From NCBI GenBank assembly GCA_013265495.1, contig MU058198.1, forward strand, positions 6,029,779 through 6,093,778: a DNA stretch of 64,000 bases, in the 5' to 3' direction. The DNA comes from Vicugna vicugna (taxonomy: Eukaryota). The notes beneath the pieces are model-generated. The model saw nothing but the letters and a program-made list of their open reading frames with translations. It had not been told where the DNA came from and searched no databases. Made by a program: the position numbers and the translations under genes. Positions 37,931 to 49,022 of the stretch are shown here, piece after piece; position 1 is the stretch's first letter, and each line of letters starts with the position of its first letter.

Positions 37931-40900
37931 AGAGAACAGGGGCCACCGCTCAGCCCTGGCCCTCGAAATGCCCCCAGGAACGGCAGGTGAGCACAGGACC
38001 ACCTATGATTATGCCAGAAGAAGCGGATAGTGACCACATGCTCCAGGAGAGGACTGGGGAGAGCAGGGAAGATGTGGCAGGGCGGGTTCACCCAGATGCA
38101 ACCCTCGCCAAGAGGTTGCTTAGCGATTCTGGTCACTCAGCTTCATGAAAGATGTAATCATGCCCAACAGGACTCACAAGAAAGCAACCAGAGTGATCAA
38201 AGGGCTGAGCTACGAGGAACCGTTAAGAGCTAACAGCCGAGAGGGGCTATAATATACACTTCTAGATGGTGGCAGGTCTAAGAAGCCAGCAATGATATTA
38301 TTTGTTTTTTGAAAAAGGTTGTTCGAGGGAAACTTATAGGTACCCATATAAGAGATGAACCCACTGCCCCAGGGGAGATTCAGGTAGGAAGAAGGAAGGG
38401 GAGAACCAACACCGAGTGAGGGCCTTGTCTAGGCAACTCTCTGAGCTAGAGCTTCAAGTGGTTCCCCATTCCGTCCTCATGACTGCCCAAAGAGCTGGAG
38501 GCATCTTACAGAAGAGCAAACAGGCCCCAGGAAGTGTAGGGACTTGTCCAAGGTCACGAAAGCTGGGAGATGGCAGAGCCTCCAGTACGAAGCTCCCTCC
38601 CCCGCACTACACCGCCTCCACCTGCACGGATGGCGGGAGGTGACATCCCAGAGGACAGATACCAGCAGCTGTGGGCCACGAGGTTCTGGGAGGAATGGCA
38701 GGCTCTTTGTACCACTGCCCTCTGCTTCTCCACCCTTCACTCAAATGCCACCTCCAAGAAGTCCTCACCTGGGAACCACTGCTTCTCCCCTGAACTCTCC
38801 TTGCTTGGAGCCCCTGTGGTGTGCTGCCTGGTGAGGAGACAAACGGTGGAATCGCATGACCGGGAGACTGGCTCTGGAGCCTCGTGGGCTGGAATTTAAA
38901 TCCCGGCTGCTTCCTCAGCTCTCTGACCTTGGGCAAGTTCGTCTATAAAACAGGCCCGTGGTAGGAACTGAACCCCCAGGCCAGTGAAGGATTAAGCATG
39001 ACAAGGTGCTTGAAAGTCCTCAGTAAGCCCACCCGTCCCAGCGTCCTTCCTCCGTCGTCATCATCACTATCATCATCAACATCATAATTTTAATGCTAAA
39101 CACACCTTCTCAGAGTGAGCTGACATCCAGATAACGCTTGAATGCGTGACCCTTAGAGAACCCCTCAGTTGACCCTTAGGGTAACTGAGGTTCAGAGGAG
39201 CCACGTAGCTAGCCCACAGTCACACAGCAGCCACAGTGCTCGGGGTCTCAGACAGTTCAGTCACAAACCTGGTCACAATTAAGTCTATGAGCAACACGCC
39301 TCCCACTCTTTGAGCTCAGCTAAGTCCTCTCACCACCTGGGTCCGTGCTGGTGCCAAGAACCCAGCCGTCAAGCCTCTCATGTCCCCGGTCACGCTCCCT
39401 CGTGATACCATGTGCTCTAACTCACTGTGCTTCCACTTCCTCTTCTGTACAAAAGAGCTCTCTGTGCAGGTGACCCCGAAGGTCACTACGGGATAAACGG
39501 AAGTGATGCCTGTGTTGTGGTTAGATAGTCAGTTGCTGTATTAGGATGCGTGTCCATGCCTTCTCTCCCCTGCTAGACCTTGAGTTCCAGAAATAGGTAT
39601 TGAGAGTGTTCCTCACACTCAGCGCAGACCCTGTGCCCAAGGGCTCACATTCTGGTGGGCAGGAAGGGAGAATGAACAGGCAGGCAGACACTGTACTGTA
39701 GCGTGGGGCAGGGAGATACGCGCTATGAAACAAACAGAATCCATAAGGGAATAGAGAGCGACTGGGCGGCAGCAGGACGGGGGCTCCATCTCCAATCGGG
39801 CAGCGACTGAATCTGATTTTTCTGAATCCCCAACACCTAGTGCAGCTTTTTATGCAAATTAGGCTACCCATTTAAAAAATCCCCTTTTTTCTGATACCAC
39901 GTGCTTATTACTGATGCACTCAGCTGCAGTAGGGGAGTTCCTTTAGTGATTCCTTTCACAGTCTGAATAATTATCTCCTCATTTATCAGTTTCATAAATC
40001 CACATTTTCATAAATCACCCTGCTTAAAGAGAGGCCCGTGTGGAGCGCCAGCTGCAGATCCTGGGTAATAGGATGCCACTGTGACCTTTAAGGTAGCATC
40101 AGGGGACAGGGTGGTCTCTGGAAGGAAGTTGAGGCAGGTGCTCTCTGGCTGGGTGGTCAGATTTTCCACCTGCTGCCCATCTCAGGGCCTCCAAGGGCCG
40201 GGCTCCCTATTCTTTCTCCGCGGAGACTGCTGGTACCTACTGCACCCTTGGACTGTTTCCTCCAGAGAATGCAGCCATTGCTGTGTTTGGAAATTGTCTC
40301 TTAGTTACTTGTGTTTTCCTTCTGTTTTCTGCTGTTGCCCAACAATCAGGCATCTCCCAGGCTTCTGAGGCTGGCAAGAGATAAGCAGTCTGTAATAAAT
40401 GTTCCTGCCACGATTGTTGAAAAGATGGATGTATCAACTGCGAAAGAAACATTTAGAAAGCAAACAAAGAAATCACCCATAATGCCACCACCCTACCTCA
40501 ACTGATTTCGTTTTCACATTTATCACCTTCCACTCTGGGTCCACAAACACGCTGTTTTCCAAATTTGCACTTAACCACATATGTACCATTTTTATCCTGC
40601 CTTTCTCAACCCCCATGGAACAGATCACAGTCAATCCCCTGTGTTTCGACAGACTTCTGGTAATTACAATGGCTGCCTGAGATCCCAGGTTCTGCTTCCC
40701 CAATGTCGGACATTTGGGTTACTTTCATGGGTTTGCTATGACTGAATGATGACCGTTGTTCTTGATCAGAGACAACTGGCTTACTGGGCCAAGACCAAGC
40801 ATATGGCATTTTCTATATTTTCATACTCCTTCTGAGAAGATTCTCTGAGTTTCCAGTGATGTCTAAGTTTGCCAGTTTCAATTTGCAAATTAGAAATTAG

Positions 40901-41092
40901 AAACTGTCTTTGTTGTGGTAAAGACTCCAGAGCTAAGTTACTACAGTTTGCATCCTAGCCCTACCACCATACTAGAGGTGTGACCTTGGGCAAATTACTT
41001 AACCTCTCTGTGCTCCAGTTTCCTGATCTATTAAGTGAGGATAATAAACATGATTATCCCACAGGGTTGTTGTAAAGATTAAAGTCTTAATA

Positions 41093-41745
41093 CAGTCCAT
41101 CTTTATTAGTCATAGATTCCGTATTTACGAATTTACCCACTCACTGAAATTTATTTGTAACCCCCAAATCAGTACCTGTGGTGCTTTTGCAGTCACTCCA
41201 AGATACGTGGAGATGGGAAAACATTTCAGATGCCTAGCACACACATTCCTAGTTGAGGTAGAATAACGGAATATTCTGCTTTCTTGTTTCATCTCTTACG
41301 TTGTAAAGTGTCCCTTTTGTAATATACCTAGTGCTTTGTTTTTCACATTTTCGTGCTTTTCCTTGGTGATTTTGCTACTTAAACTGCCACCCCGTCCCCC
41401 CTCCCCAGGCATAGCGCTGAAGCTTTGTCTCGTGTTCCTAAGCTCAAGAAGGCTACGATGTCCTTTATGGAGAAAATACACATGTTATATAAGCTTCATT
41501 CAGGCATGAGTTGGAGCTGGTGTGAGTTCAGTGTTAATGTACTAAGTATACATTACATAAAGCGCCTTTAAACAGAAACACACATAAAGCAAGGTTTTGT
41601 ATCGATCAGTTGATGGAAATGCTGTGACCAGAGGCTCCCAGGAACCAAATCCTATTTATCCCCCTAGGAACAATGGTTCAGTTTTCACTAATTCTTTGTG
41701 GCCACTTTCTAGAACATACCTACTGTGAATAATGAGAATTGACTG
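41093..41745 (+). mobile_element. Full-length MER82-like TcMar-Tigger element (653 bp) inserted into a MIR
   Basis: TA|cagtc...gactg|TA termini (TA target duplication). Internal gattccgtattt.cgaattt.cc.actc.ct.aaatttatttgtaacccc.aaatc. MIR sequence runs 40915-41092 and resumes at 41746. Confidence 0.85.
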
Positions 41746-42694
41746 TATGTAAAGCATTTCAAACAGTTTGGCCCATGGTCCATACCCTTTATCTGATTAC
41801 TATTACGATTTTTAAAAAAATTTACATTCTGTTAATTTGGTAGGAGCTTATTTAATCACTGAACAGGATGCTCATTTGTTGCCACGATGGTCGATTGGTT
41901 GTATTTCTTTCCTCTTACGTGGAAGTAAATCTGATTGGTGTTGGGGTGCGTACAGGCATTTGTAAAGGCATAGAAGGGTTTGGCGTCAGATGGGAGTGGT
42001 TCTGGAGGGGCTGAAGAGGACATCACAGACTGTTTATGGCAATGAATATCAAAGGTGAGGTAGGGACCAAGCTGAGGTATGAGACTGGACTTTAGAGAAA
42101 GCTGAAGGAGACCCAGCCATACCGATGCCAAGACCCTTTTAGCCAAAGGTCTGATAATCTCATCATTAATCTTGAACAGAGCCTACATTAGTATATCTTT
42201 AAACTGCATCAGAATATAAAATGATGACATTTGGGATATCGGGGGTGAGTGTTTGAGAACAGGTTTATTTACCGAAGCAAAAAATCAGTCCGCCTGGCCT
42301 GATGAGCACTGTTTCCTGATGTGCGGATGTGTGACACGCAACCTCTCTCTCACAGAGATTAGACCCTAAAGCACGTTTTGTTACACATGCAGCCAAGTGC
42401 CGCAGTCCACGCCGAGGAGAGATGAGTGAAATTGGGATTGTCCCAGGAAATCCATGCTATGTGGGAACCGCGTACTCACACGCCTGCTTTGTCTCATCCG
42501 CCACGGGGCAGGGACAGGTGCCTCCTCGCTGCTTCTTCATGTGTCTGATGGGCCTCTTAGGGCTGGGCATCCACCACCAGGCCTCTGATTAGAGGGGCTT
42601 CGCTGTCTGTCGGAACAGCGGGCCCCTCCCCGCAGGGGGCTGGGCGGCGGCCCAGGCTCCTGGCCTGAGGAGCAAGCAATCATTTCTCTTCCAG

Positions 42695-42864
42695 GATATT
42701 AAAGCATTTGAAAACCAAGGACCCCACGCAATTGAGGCTAGAGCACCTGGAACAGGGGTTCTCTGTCTACGTCAACGGGGCCAATTCTGAGCTGAAGACC
42801 TCACCTCGGAAAGCTGTCCACGCTGACTTCTCCAGAAGTGCCTCCCACACCGAGGGGACTCACG
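42695..42864 (+). CDS. KATNIP: KATNIP coding exon 4 (170 nt): ILKHLKTKDPTQLRLEHLEQGFSVYVNGANSELKTSPRKAVHADFSRSASHTEGTH
   Basis: Acceptor catttctcttccag|, donor |gtgagc. Phase 2 in and phase 1 out, consistent with its neighbours. Overlaps ORF 42708..42905 and matches KIAA0556 LRLEHLEQGFSVYVNGANSE. Confidence 0.96.
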
Positions 42865-43259
42865 GTGAGCTCAGGCCACGCCAGGCCCAGCAACAGCTCT
42901 GCTAACTAATTAGGGACAGTGGCGCCACAGCCTAAGCACATAAACTATATGTTAACCTATACCAGTTAGCCATACCCACCTGGCCAGAAAGGGAGAGCAT
43001 GAGAGTGAGAAAGAGACAGAAACCCTTTTCACGTCTTTTTAAACTAGTCTTGGCCTCCGTGATTCCAGGGCAAAGGTGGCCAGAGCAGTAAATTCCTGGT
43101 TTTTTAATTTCCTGCATCTCACGTGCCAGTAATTTAAGGAAGTTTGAGGAAGCCGTCTCATCTTTCTTCATCTTTAAAATGAGACTAATGGGGTTCCTAT
43201 GCCTAGAGTTCCAGGCAGTTCAGGGCAGGCCTCTTAGTCTGAGAGGCCAGTGTGCTACT

Positions 43260-43460
43260 GAGTTAGCAGAAGAGGATTTGGAACAAGGCAGAGCTGAGTT
43301 TGAACCATGTTCTGCCACTTTCTAGCTTTGGGACCTCTAGCAGTTGGATCCTCTCTGACCCTCAGTTTCATCTTCTGTACATTGGGAATAATTATGCCCA
43401 CTTTGCAGGCATCTCAGGAAGATTAAATGACATAAGACATGTAAAATGTCCAGCACACAA
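43260..43460 (+). mobile_element. MIR SINE
   Basis: ctgagtttgaacc...tctgccactttctagct...cctctctgaccctcagtttc...gattaaatga.ataa..catgtaaa. Confidence 0.75.
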
Positions 43461-43989
43461 TAACCTTGATTTGTATTTTCATTCATTACCTCACACACAT
43501 AGTAAGATCCCAAGCCATTAATAGATAGTAAAAATCAAAACAAGAAGGAGATAAAAGGAAAAAGTGATATCTCCAAACCTTCTCCTAGCAGAGCCACTGC
43601 ATTTTAGTTTGGAGTTTAGCATGAGTTGCCTAGCCTCCAGGGTGGAAAAGGAAATGGGATGGAGTCTCCTAGCTTTCATGGAGGACAGGCTGGGCTGACC
43701 TGCTGCCAGTTAGGAGAAGCAGGTCTTTCCTGGTCCAGGTTGCAGGGAGGGGCAGATAACAGTAGTCTCCATACTTAGGCTCCAGCAGTACGTTTACTCA
43801 TTCAGCAAACCTCTCCCCCCGTGCCCCTCTTTTATACAAATGCTGCCCTGTTGTGCACACTGCCCTGTACCCTGCTTCTGCGTCTTGGAGATTGCTCTTT
43901 TTGTCTCTAGGCCTGCCCGATTCAGCTGCCCATTATTATACCTACTGTTCCATAGCACAGAGGTGCTGTGACTGATTCCCCATCCCTTT

Positions 43990-44138
43990 AAAAAAAACTT
44001 TATTGAAGCATAGTTGATGTACAATTTTGTGTTTCAGGTGTACAGCAAAGTGATTCAGTTGTATACATACTCTTTTTCAGAGTCTTTTCATTATAGGTAT
44101 TGAGTCTGTATTTAATACTGGGCTGTACAGTAGGTTCT
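43990..44138 (-). mobile_element. Short young L1 3' end
   Basis: tttattgaagcatagttgatgtacaa...tttcaggtgtacagcaaagtgattcagtt...gctgtacagtagg. TSD ttccccatcccttt (43976-43989) / ttccccaccccttt (44139-44152). Confidence 0.8.
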
Positions 44139-44336
44139 TTCCCCACCCCTTTTTGTTGGGCACTGAGCTTGTTTTCTGATGCCCTGTGGCTACAAATGGT
44201 GCCACAAAAGCGAATAGCTTCACATACGAGACTTTGGGCATCCAGACATACATTATAGGTGAAATTACAAAACCATCATCTGTGTGGGCTCGTCCGCAGT
44301 GCCTCACCAAGTCTCCTTCCCTCACCTCTGGTGCAG

Positions 44337-44434
44337 ATTGCGGACGAAGAACCCTGTTTCGAGAAGCTGAAGATGCTTTAAGACGCAATTCACGGACGGC
44401 CCCCAGCAAAGTCCAGCGCCGAGGATGGCACCAG
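44337..44434 (+). CDS. KATNIP: KATNIP coding exon 5 (98 nt): (D)CGRRTLFREAEDALRRNSRTAPSKVQRRGWHQ
   Basis: Acceptor tctccttccctcacctctggtgcag|, donor |gtctgg (weak). Lies within ORF 44186..44485 and matches KIAA0556 GRRTLFREAEEALRR..RTAPSKVQRRGWHQ. Confidence 0.94.
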
Positions 44435-46951
44435 GTCTGGAAACCCCGGGCAGAGTCAAGACAGTGGCCCCAGCCCACACTTTAGAATAAGGAGCAGGGT
44501 CACTGTGAGAGCAGAAACATACTCAGAGGGTTCAGAGTCCCCACGGGCAGGGGGTGAGTCTGTGGTGCCCTCTCTGCCCGTGGCACTGGCCTCAGGACCC
44601 TCCAGCCCTCTCTATGCCGTGATCCTCCCTTCTGGATGGGGAGGCCCCAGTCCCTGTTGGGAGCATCTCAGGTCAGACTCGTGGCCCCGTCGTGATGATG
44701 TAGTCATGCAGCTGTTTTTCCCTGGGCACTAACGATGTGCCAGGCACGGTCTTAGATGCCAGGGATAAGGTGAATAAGACAAAGCCCCTGCCCTGCAGAC
44801 CTGAGATGCCACTTTGGGTTGCTTCTGATCCAGGTGCTTGCTTTTTTGAGCACCTGCTGGTACCAGGCATAAGCTGAGCTCCCATGTGACTTTTCTCCTT
44901 TGCCTGCTCAGCAGACCTATAAGGTAATCTCCAATGTCGTCCTTTTAAGGATGCTGAAGACGTGAAAGCTCAGAAAAGTTAAGTGAGCTTTCCAAGGTCA
45001 ACCACTAAGGGAGTGGCAGAATCAAGACTCAAATCCAGATCTGTTGCTCTGAATTCAGTGTTCTTGCCCAAATAGCCTTTCTACCTTCCCCTGTGGTTAC
45101 TCAGCCTTACCTGGGACCAATAGGTCTCAACCTCCATGCACATTCGGGTTGCTTGAGATGCTCAGGTCCCACCCCCAGAGATTCTGACTCACTTGGTCTG
45201 AGATGAGGCTTACGGTATGTATATACACCTCAATCCCGTGTTCACCGAGATTGCGAAGTACTTGCATTATAACATTTCACACGGTACCATACATATGGAT
45301 CTGCGGTAATAATCTCGTATGATTTATCAGCCCACCGTTGCAGTAACCCTGTGGGTACGTAAGTATCCTCACTGTGCCACAGAAGAAATTGAGGCTTGGA
45401 GAGGACATAAGGTGACCTGCTCCTGCAGACACTAAGGGAGAACAGTAGGCTGAGGTTTGGAACCTGGAGCTGTGACCACACCCAGCGGTCCTCACTTCTG
45501 TGCATGTTTGCTTCTCGGCGTGCACTGTGACGACCTGGAGAGGGCTGTTCCTGCCTGTTAACTCCCAAGCCCTACCTGCCAGCGATGAGCAAGTCCTTCA
45601 GGGCACCCAGCCTGGAGGCTTCCTTTTTCCCCAGCGATGAATGTTAATTTCCCATTAATGAGGCCTCTCTCCACTTCTGACTTGAGACAGTTCCCCTAGT
45701 TGTTTTGAGTGCCTTCTATTATCAGGAGCCATATTTGCGTCTTAGACTGTGACTTAACAGCTGGCCCCAGAGTCTGCAATTTAAAGACTTGGCCTAAGAT
45801 TAATTAGCAGCCCTTCCCCGTCTCTCCCTGTGGTCCCACACTTCACAGGGCCTAATCATGGCTAATTTCCCGGCTTCCTGATGCCATGAAGGCTGTAATT
45901 GTCCTTCTGTATCAGATCAGTCAGGGGTCAGTCAGTGCCTAACAATAGAGACTTCTTGGGCTATTTTAATCATAAACGAATGGAATGCAGAGAATCAGAT
46001 GCTGACAGAACCCTTGGCGGGAGGATGGGCTCTGAGCCTGGCCTCCAGGAATGGCACCCAGCATCCAACACAGGCCTGCCAGAAAGCTGCTCCTCAGGAC
46101 ACAGGAGGGAAGGTGGGGGATCAGCATCAGGAGTGTGTCACCTTAGCTGTGATCCAGGAAGCCAGTGCCACAACTGTTGGCCTCCGGGTGACACACTGCC
46201 CGTGAGAGTGACGCTTTGAAGAAAGACCTTGCCCCGTGTCTCGTCCATCTGGGGTGGGACATTGCTGAGAACACTCATGGCCTCTGCCACGTGCTTAGCA
46301 CAGAAACAGCCCGCATGTGCCCCCTCCTCTCCACCTCACTTCCCCTTTCCCGGCCCTCTATGGGGTCATCTGATCAGCCACACTTAAGTCAGAGCCAGAC
46401 CCCAGACCCCAGCTGAAGGGGAGTCTGGGAAGCGCAGTGTCTGGCTTTCCAGCCTCTGCTGAGCAGAAAGGCACCCTCGGAGGAGAGCAGACTGGGTGCT
46501 GGGAGCCAACCCAACCCCCACCATCACATCAACTCTGCTCCACCCACACGTGGTCCTTTGGGAACCGCCCCTCAGAGATAGAGACAAACCTTCCAAACCT
46601 TCAGAAGTGGTGAGTGGACTGGGAGCCATGTCACCAAAGAAAACATCCACTAATTTAAAACACGTGTATTACCCTGGGCCAGGCACTCTGCGAGGCTCTG
46701 GGGTTAAAAACCCCAAATCAAATAAGGTTCAGTTCCTGCCTTGGAAGCTCCCACTGTGATGACACGGGAACTGCTTATCCCGGGAGGAAGCTGCGACAGC
46801 TGTTCCCGACATCCGGAGGACCAGCCTGCTGGACTGCAGAGATTTACAGCTTGAAGCCTCTGGGCTGAACTTGCCCCCCCCAGATAATGTTTTTTGGACT
46901 TGCACAGTATTAAAAAAGACTTAGTCACTTGCTAATATTTAAATTTAAAAG

Positions 46952-46953
<2 letters not shown>

Positions 46954-47004
<51 letters not shown>
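46954..47004. repeat. (TA)n microsatellite followed by poly-T
   Basis: Read directly. Confidence 0.95.
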
Positions 47005-47025
47005 AAAAGCTATTTTCTTTTTCTA

Positions 47026-47165
47026 NNNNNNNNNNNNNNNNNNNNNNNNNNNNNNNNNNNNNNNNNNNNNNNNNNNNNNNNNNNNNNNNNNNNNNNNNNN
47101 NNNNNNNNNNNNNNNNNNNNNNNNNNNNNNNNNNNNNNNNNNNNNNNNNNNNNNNNNNNNNNNNN
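47026..47165. other. Assembly gap (140 N)
   Basis: Run of N. Confidence 1.
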
Positions 47166-47544
47166 TTTTAAAGCTAGATTCCTATTTCCATGGAAGAATG
47201 GAAAGATCTGGCCCCCAGGCTGGGCCGCCTGCCCACAAGGCAGCCACCAGTGGGAGCCGAGTAGCCGCCCCCCTTTAGACAGTGCTCAGCCCTCCTGTTT
47301 GCCGTAGTCCCTGCAATCCCTTCCCTCCGGAGAGTTGAAGGGAATGGGCTTTGGAGTCAGACAAACAATTTACTAGCTGTGTGCCCTGGAGCTGGCCATG
47401 GGACCTCTCTGAGCTTTGGGCTCATCATTCATAAAACCTCCCAGGGCTGCTGGGAAGGAATGTGTGTAGACATGTGTCACTGGTGGTCCATCAGCAGGGG
47501 CTGTCTGCGTCTTCAGGTGGGAGCACCTGGTAGCAGGTGACAGG

Positions 47545-47810
47545 CAAGTCTGGATGGTTAAGAGCACAGGCTCAGGAACCCAGCAGCCTAGGCTCAAAGC
47601 CTCGGCTCCACCACTGTGCACCAGCTGTGTGGTCCTGGGTACGTTGTTTAACCCCTTGGTGCCTGTTTTCTCATCTGTAAGTGAGGCTGGTAATGGTACC
47701 TGCCTCTTAGGGTAGTTAATGAGCATTGAAGGAGTGGGCCCCAATGTTTGTAGAGTGTTGCAAGCAGTGGCCGGCACCGAGAAAGCCGGCAATAAATGGT
47801 AGTGACCATT
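47545..47810 (+). mobile_element. MIR SINE
   Basis: tggttaagagcacaggct...cagctgtgtggtcctgggt..gttgtttaacccct.ggtgcctg.ttttctcatctgtaa...caataaatggtag. Confidence 0.8.
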
Positions 47811-48974
47811 GTCATCAGATGCCAGGTGGGGGGTTGGGGGCTGCCATAAGGGGACAGCTCTTCATTCTAGTGTGTTCCAGCACTCATTCAGTCCTTTGTT
47901 CACTCTGGGACCACTTATTGGACACTTGTAGGTACTGGGGTCAGAGCAGTGAGTGAGGCAGGCCAGGCCCTGCTCTCCTGGCACTCATGGTGGTGGAGAG
48001 GATGGGGATGGGGGTGGGGGGGGTCATAGGTCAGAGGGACTGGATGGCATAGGGCCTAGAAGACCCCAGGAAGCAGTTTGGAGTTCATTTTAGATGTGAG
48101 AAATCCCCTGGCGGGGTTTCAACAGGGAAGTTACGTGTTTGGGCTCCTGGTTTGGAGCCCCAGCAGTTGTGCAGAAGGACAAGTAGGGGTGGTGGTGAAT
48201 CTGATAGGCCTTTTTCTCTCTACCAACCTTCCCCAGCCCCTACCCTCACACCTGCCCCCTCCCCCTGCTTCCCCCTCTCACCTCAGCTTTCTCCACATCA
48301 CAGTTTTTCACTCCTTCAGTATCCGTTTGTTGCAACTTTTCGAGAGAGACCATTTGAATCTCTCAGCTGGTCTTCGTTCAAGTACATGGGGACGGAGATT
48401 CTGGGGTGTGTAGGATCAAGAGGAAGGTAGCCTCTCTATCCCCATCGTTTTGGACAGATACCACCATCCTTGGAGGCACCCAAGGGCAGGTAGAGTAGTC
48501 AAGGCCGCAGAATCCCCAATGGCCAGTTCTTAAAAGCCACCCCATCAGGAGAGGGACAACAGCCCCATCCCAGTCCTAGGGTATCTCTTGTACGGCTATG
48601 CCCAGCAGGAGGGACCAGTGGAGGCACACAGTCATTCAGTGTATTCACACTGGCCGTGGCCAGGTCAGCAGGGGGCACAGTGGTCACTATGCACAGTGAG
48701 CCCCGCAGTCACAGCTTGCTCTCAGTCAGCATCTCTTCCTCCCTGTCATCCCCCAACACCCTCCCACTTGTCCTCTTGCCAGTTTCTCTGAGCATCCCCC
48801 TAAACTCTCTTGAGTCACGCATAACCTTTCCACTGACCAAGCTCCATACCTTCGCCTCTTCCAGTAGAATAGATTTCCCCCCTTAGAGGGTCATGCCCAA
48901 CAACTAGGAAGCACTTTTGGGTAGAGCAGCCCTGATGGAAGGGACTGCCGCTGCAAGTGCACTGGCCCGAGCAT

Positions 48975-49022
48975 CCCTGGGCTAGAAGGTCAGAGACTCC
49001 CTGAGCTAGAAGGTCAGAGAGT
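48975..49022 (+). repeat. 24-bp tandem duplication (22/24 identical)
   Basis: ccctgggctagaaggtcagagact / ccctgagctagaaggtcagagagt. Confidence 0.9.

Larger units (their letters stand above)
46855..47320 (+). mobile_element. MER102-like remnant spanning a (TA)n/poly-T tract and the gap
   Basis: tgttttttggacttgcacagt...gctaatatttaaa before the gap; gaaagatctggc...gagtagccgccccccttta gac after it. Confidence 0.6.
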
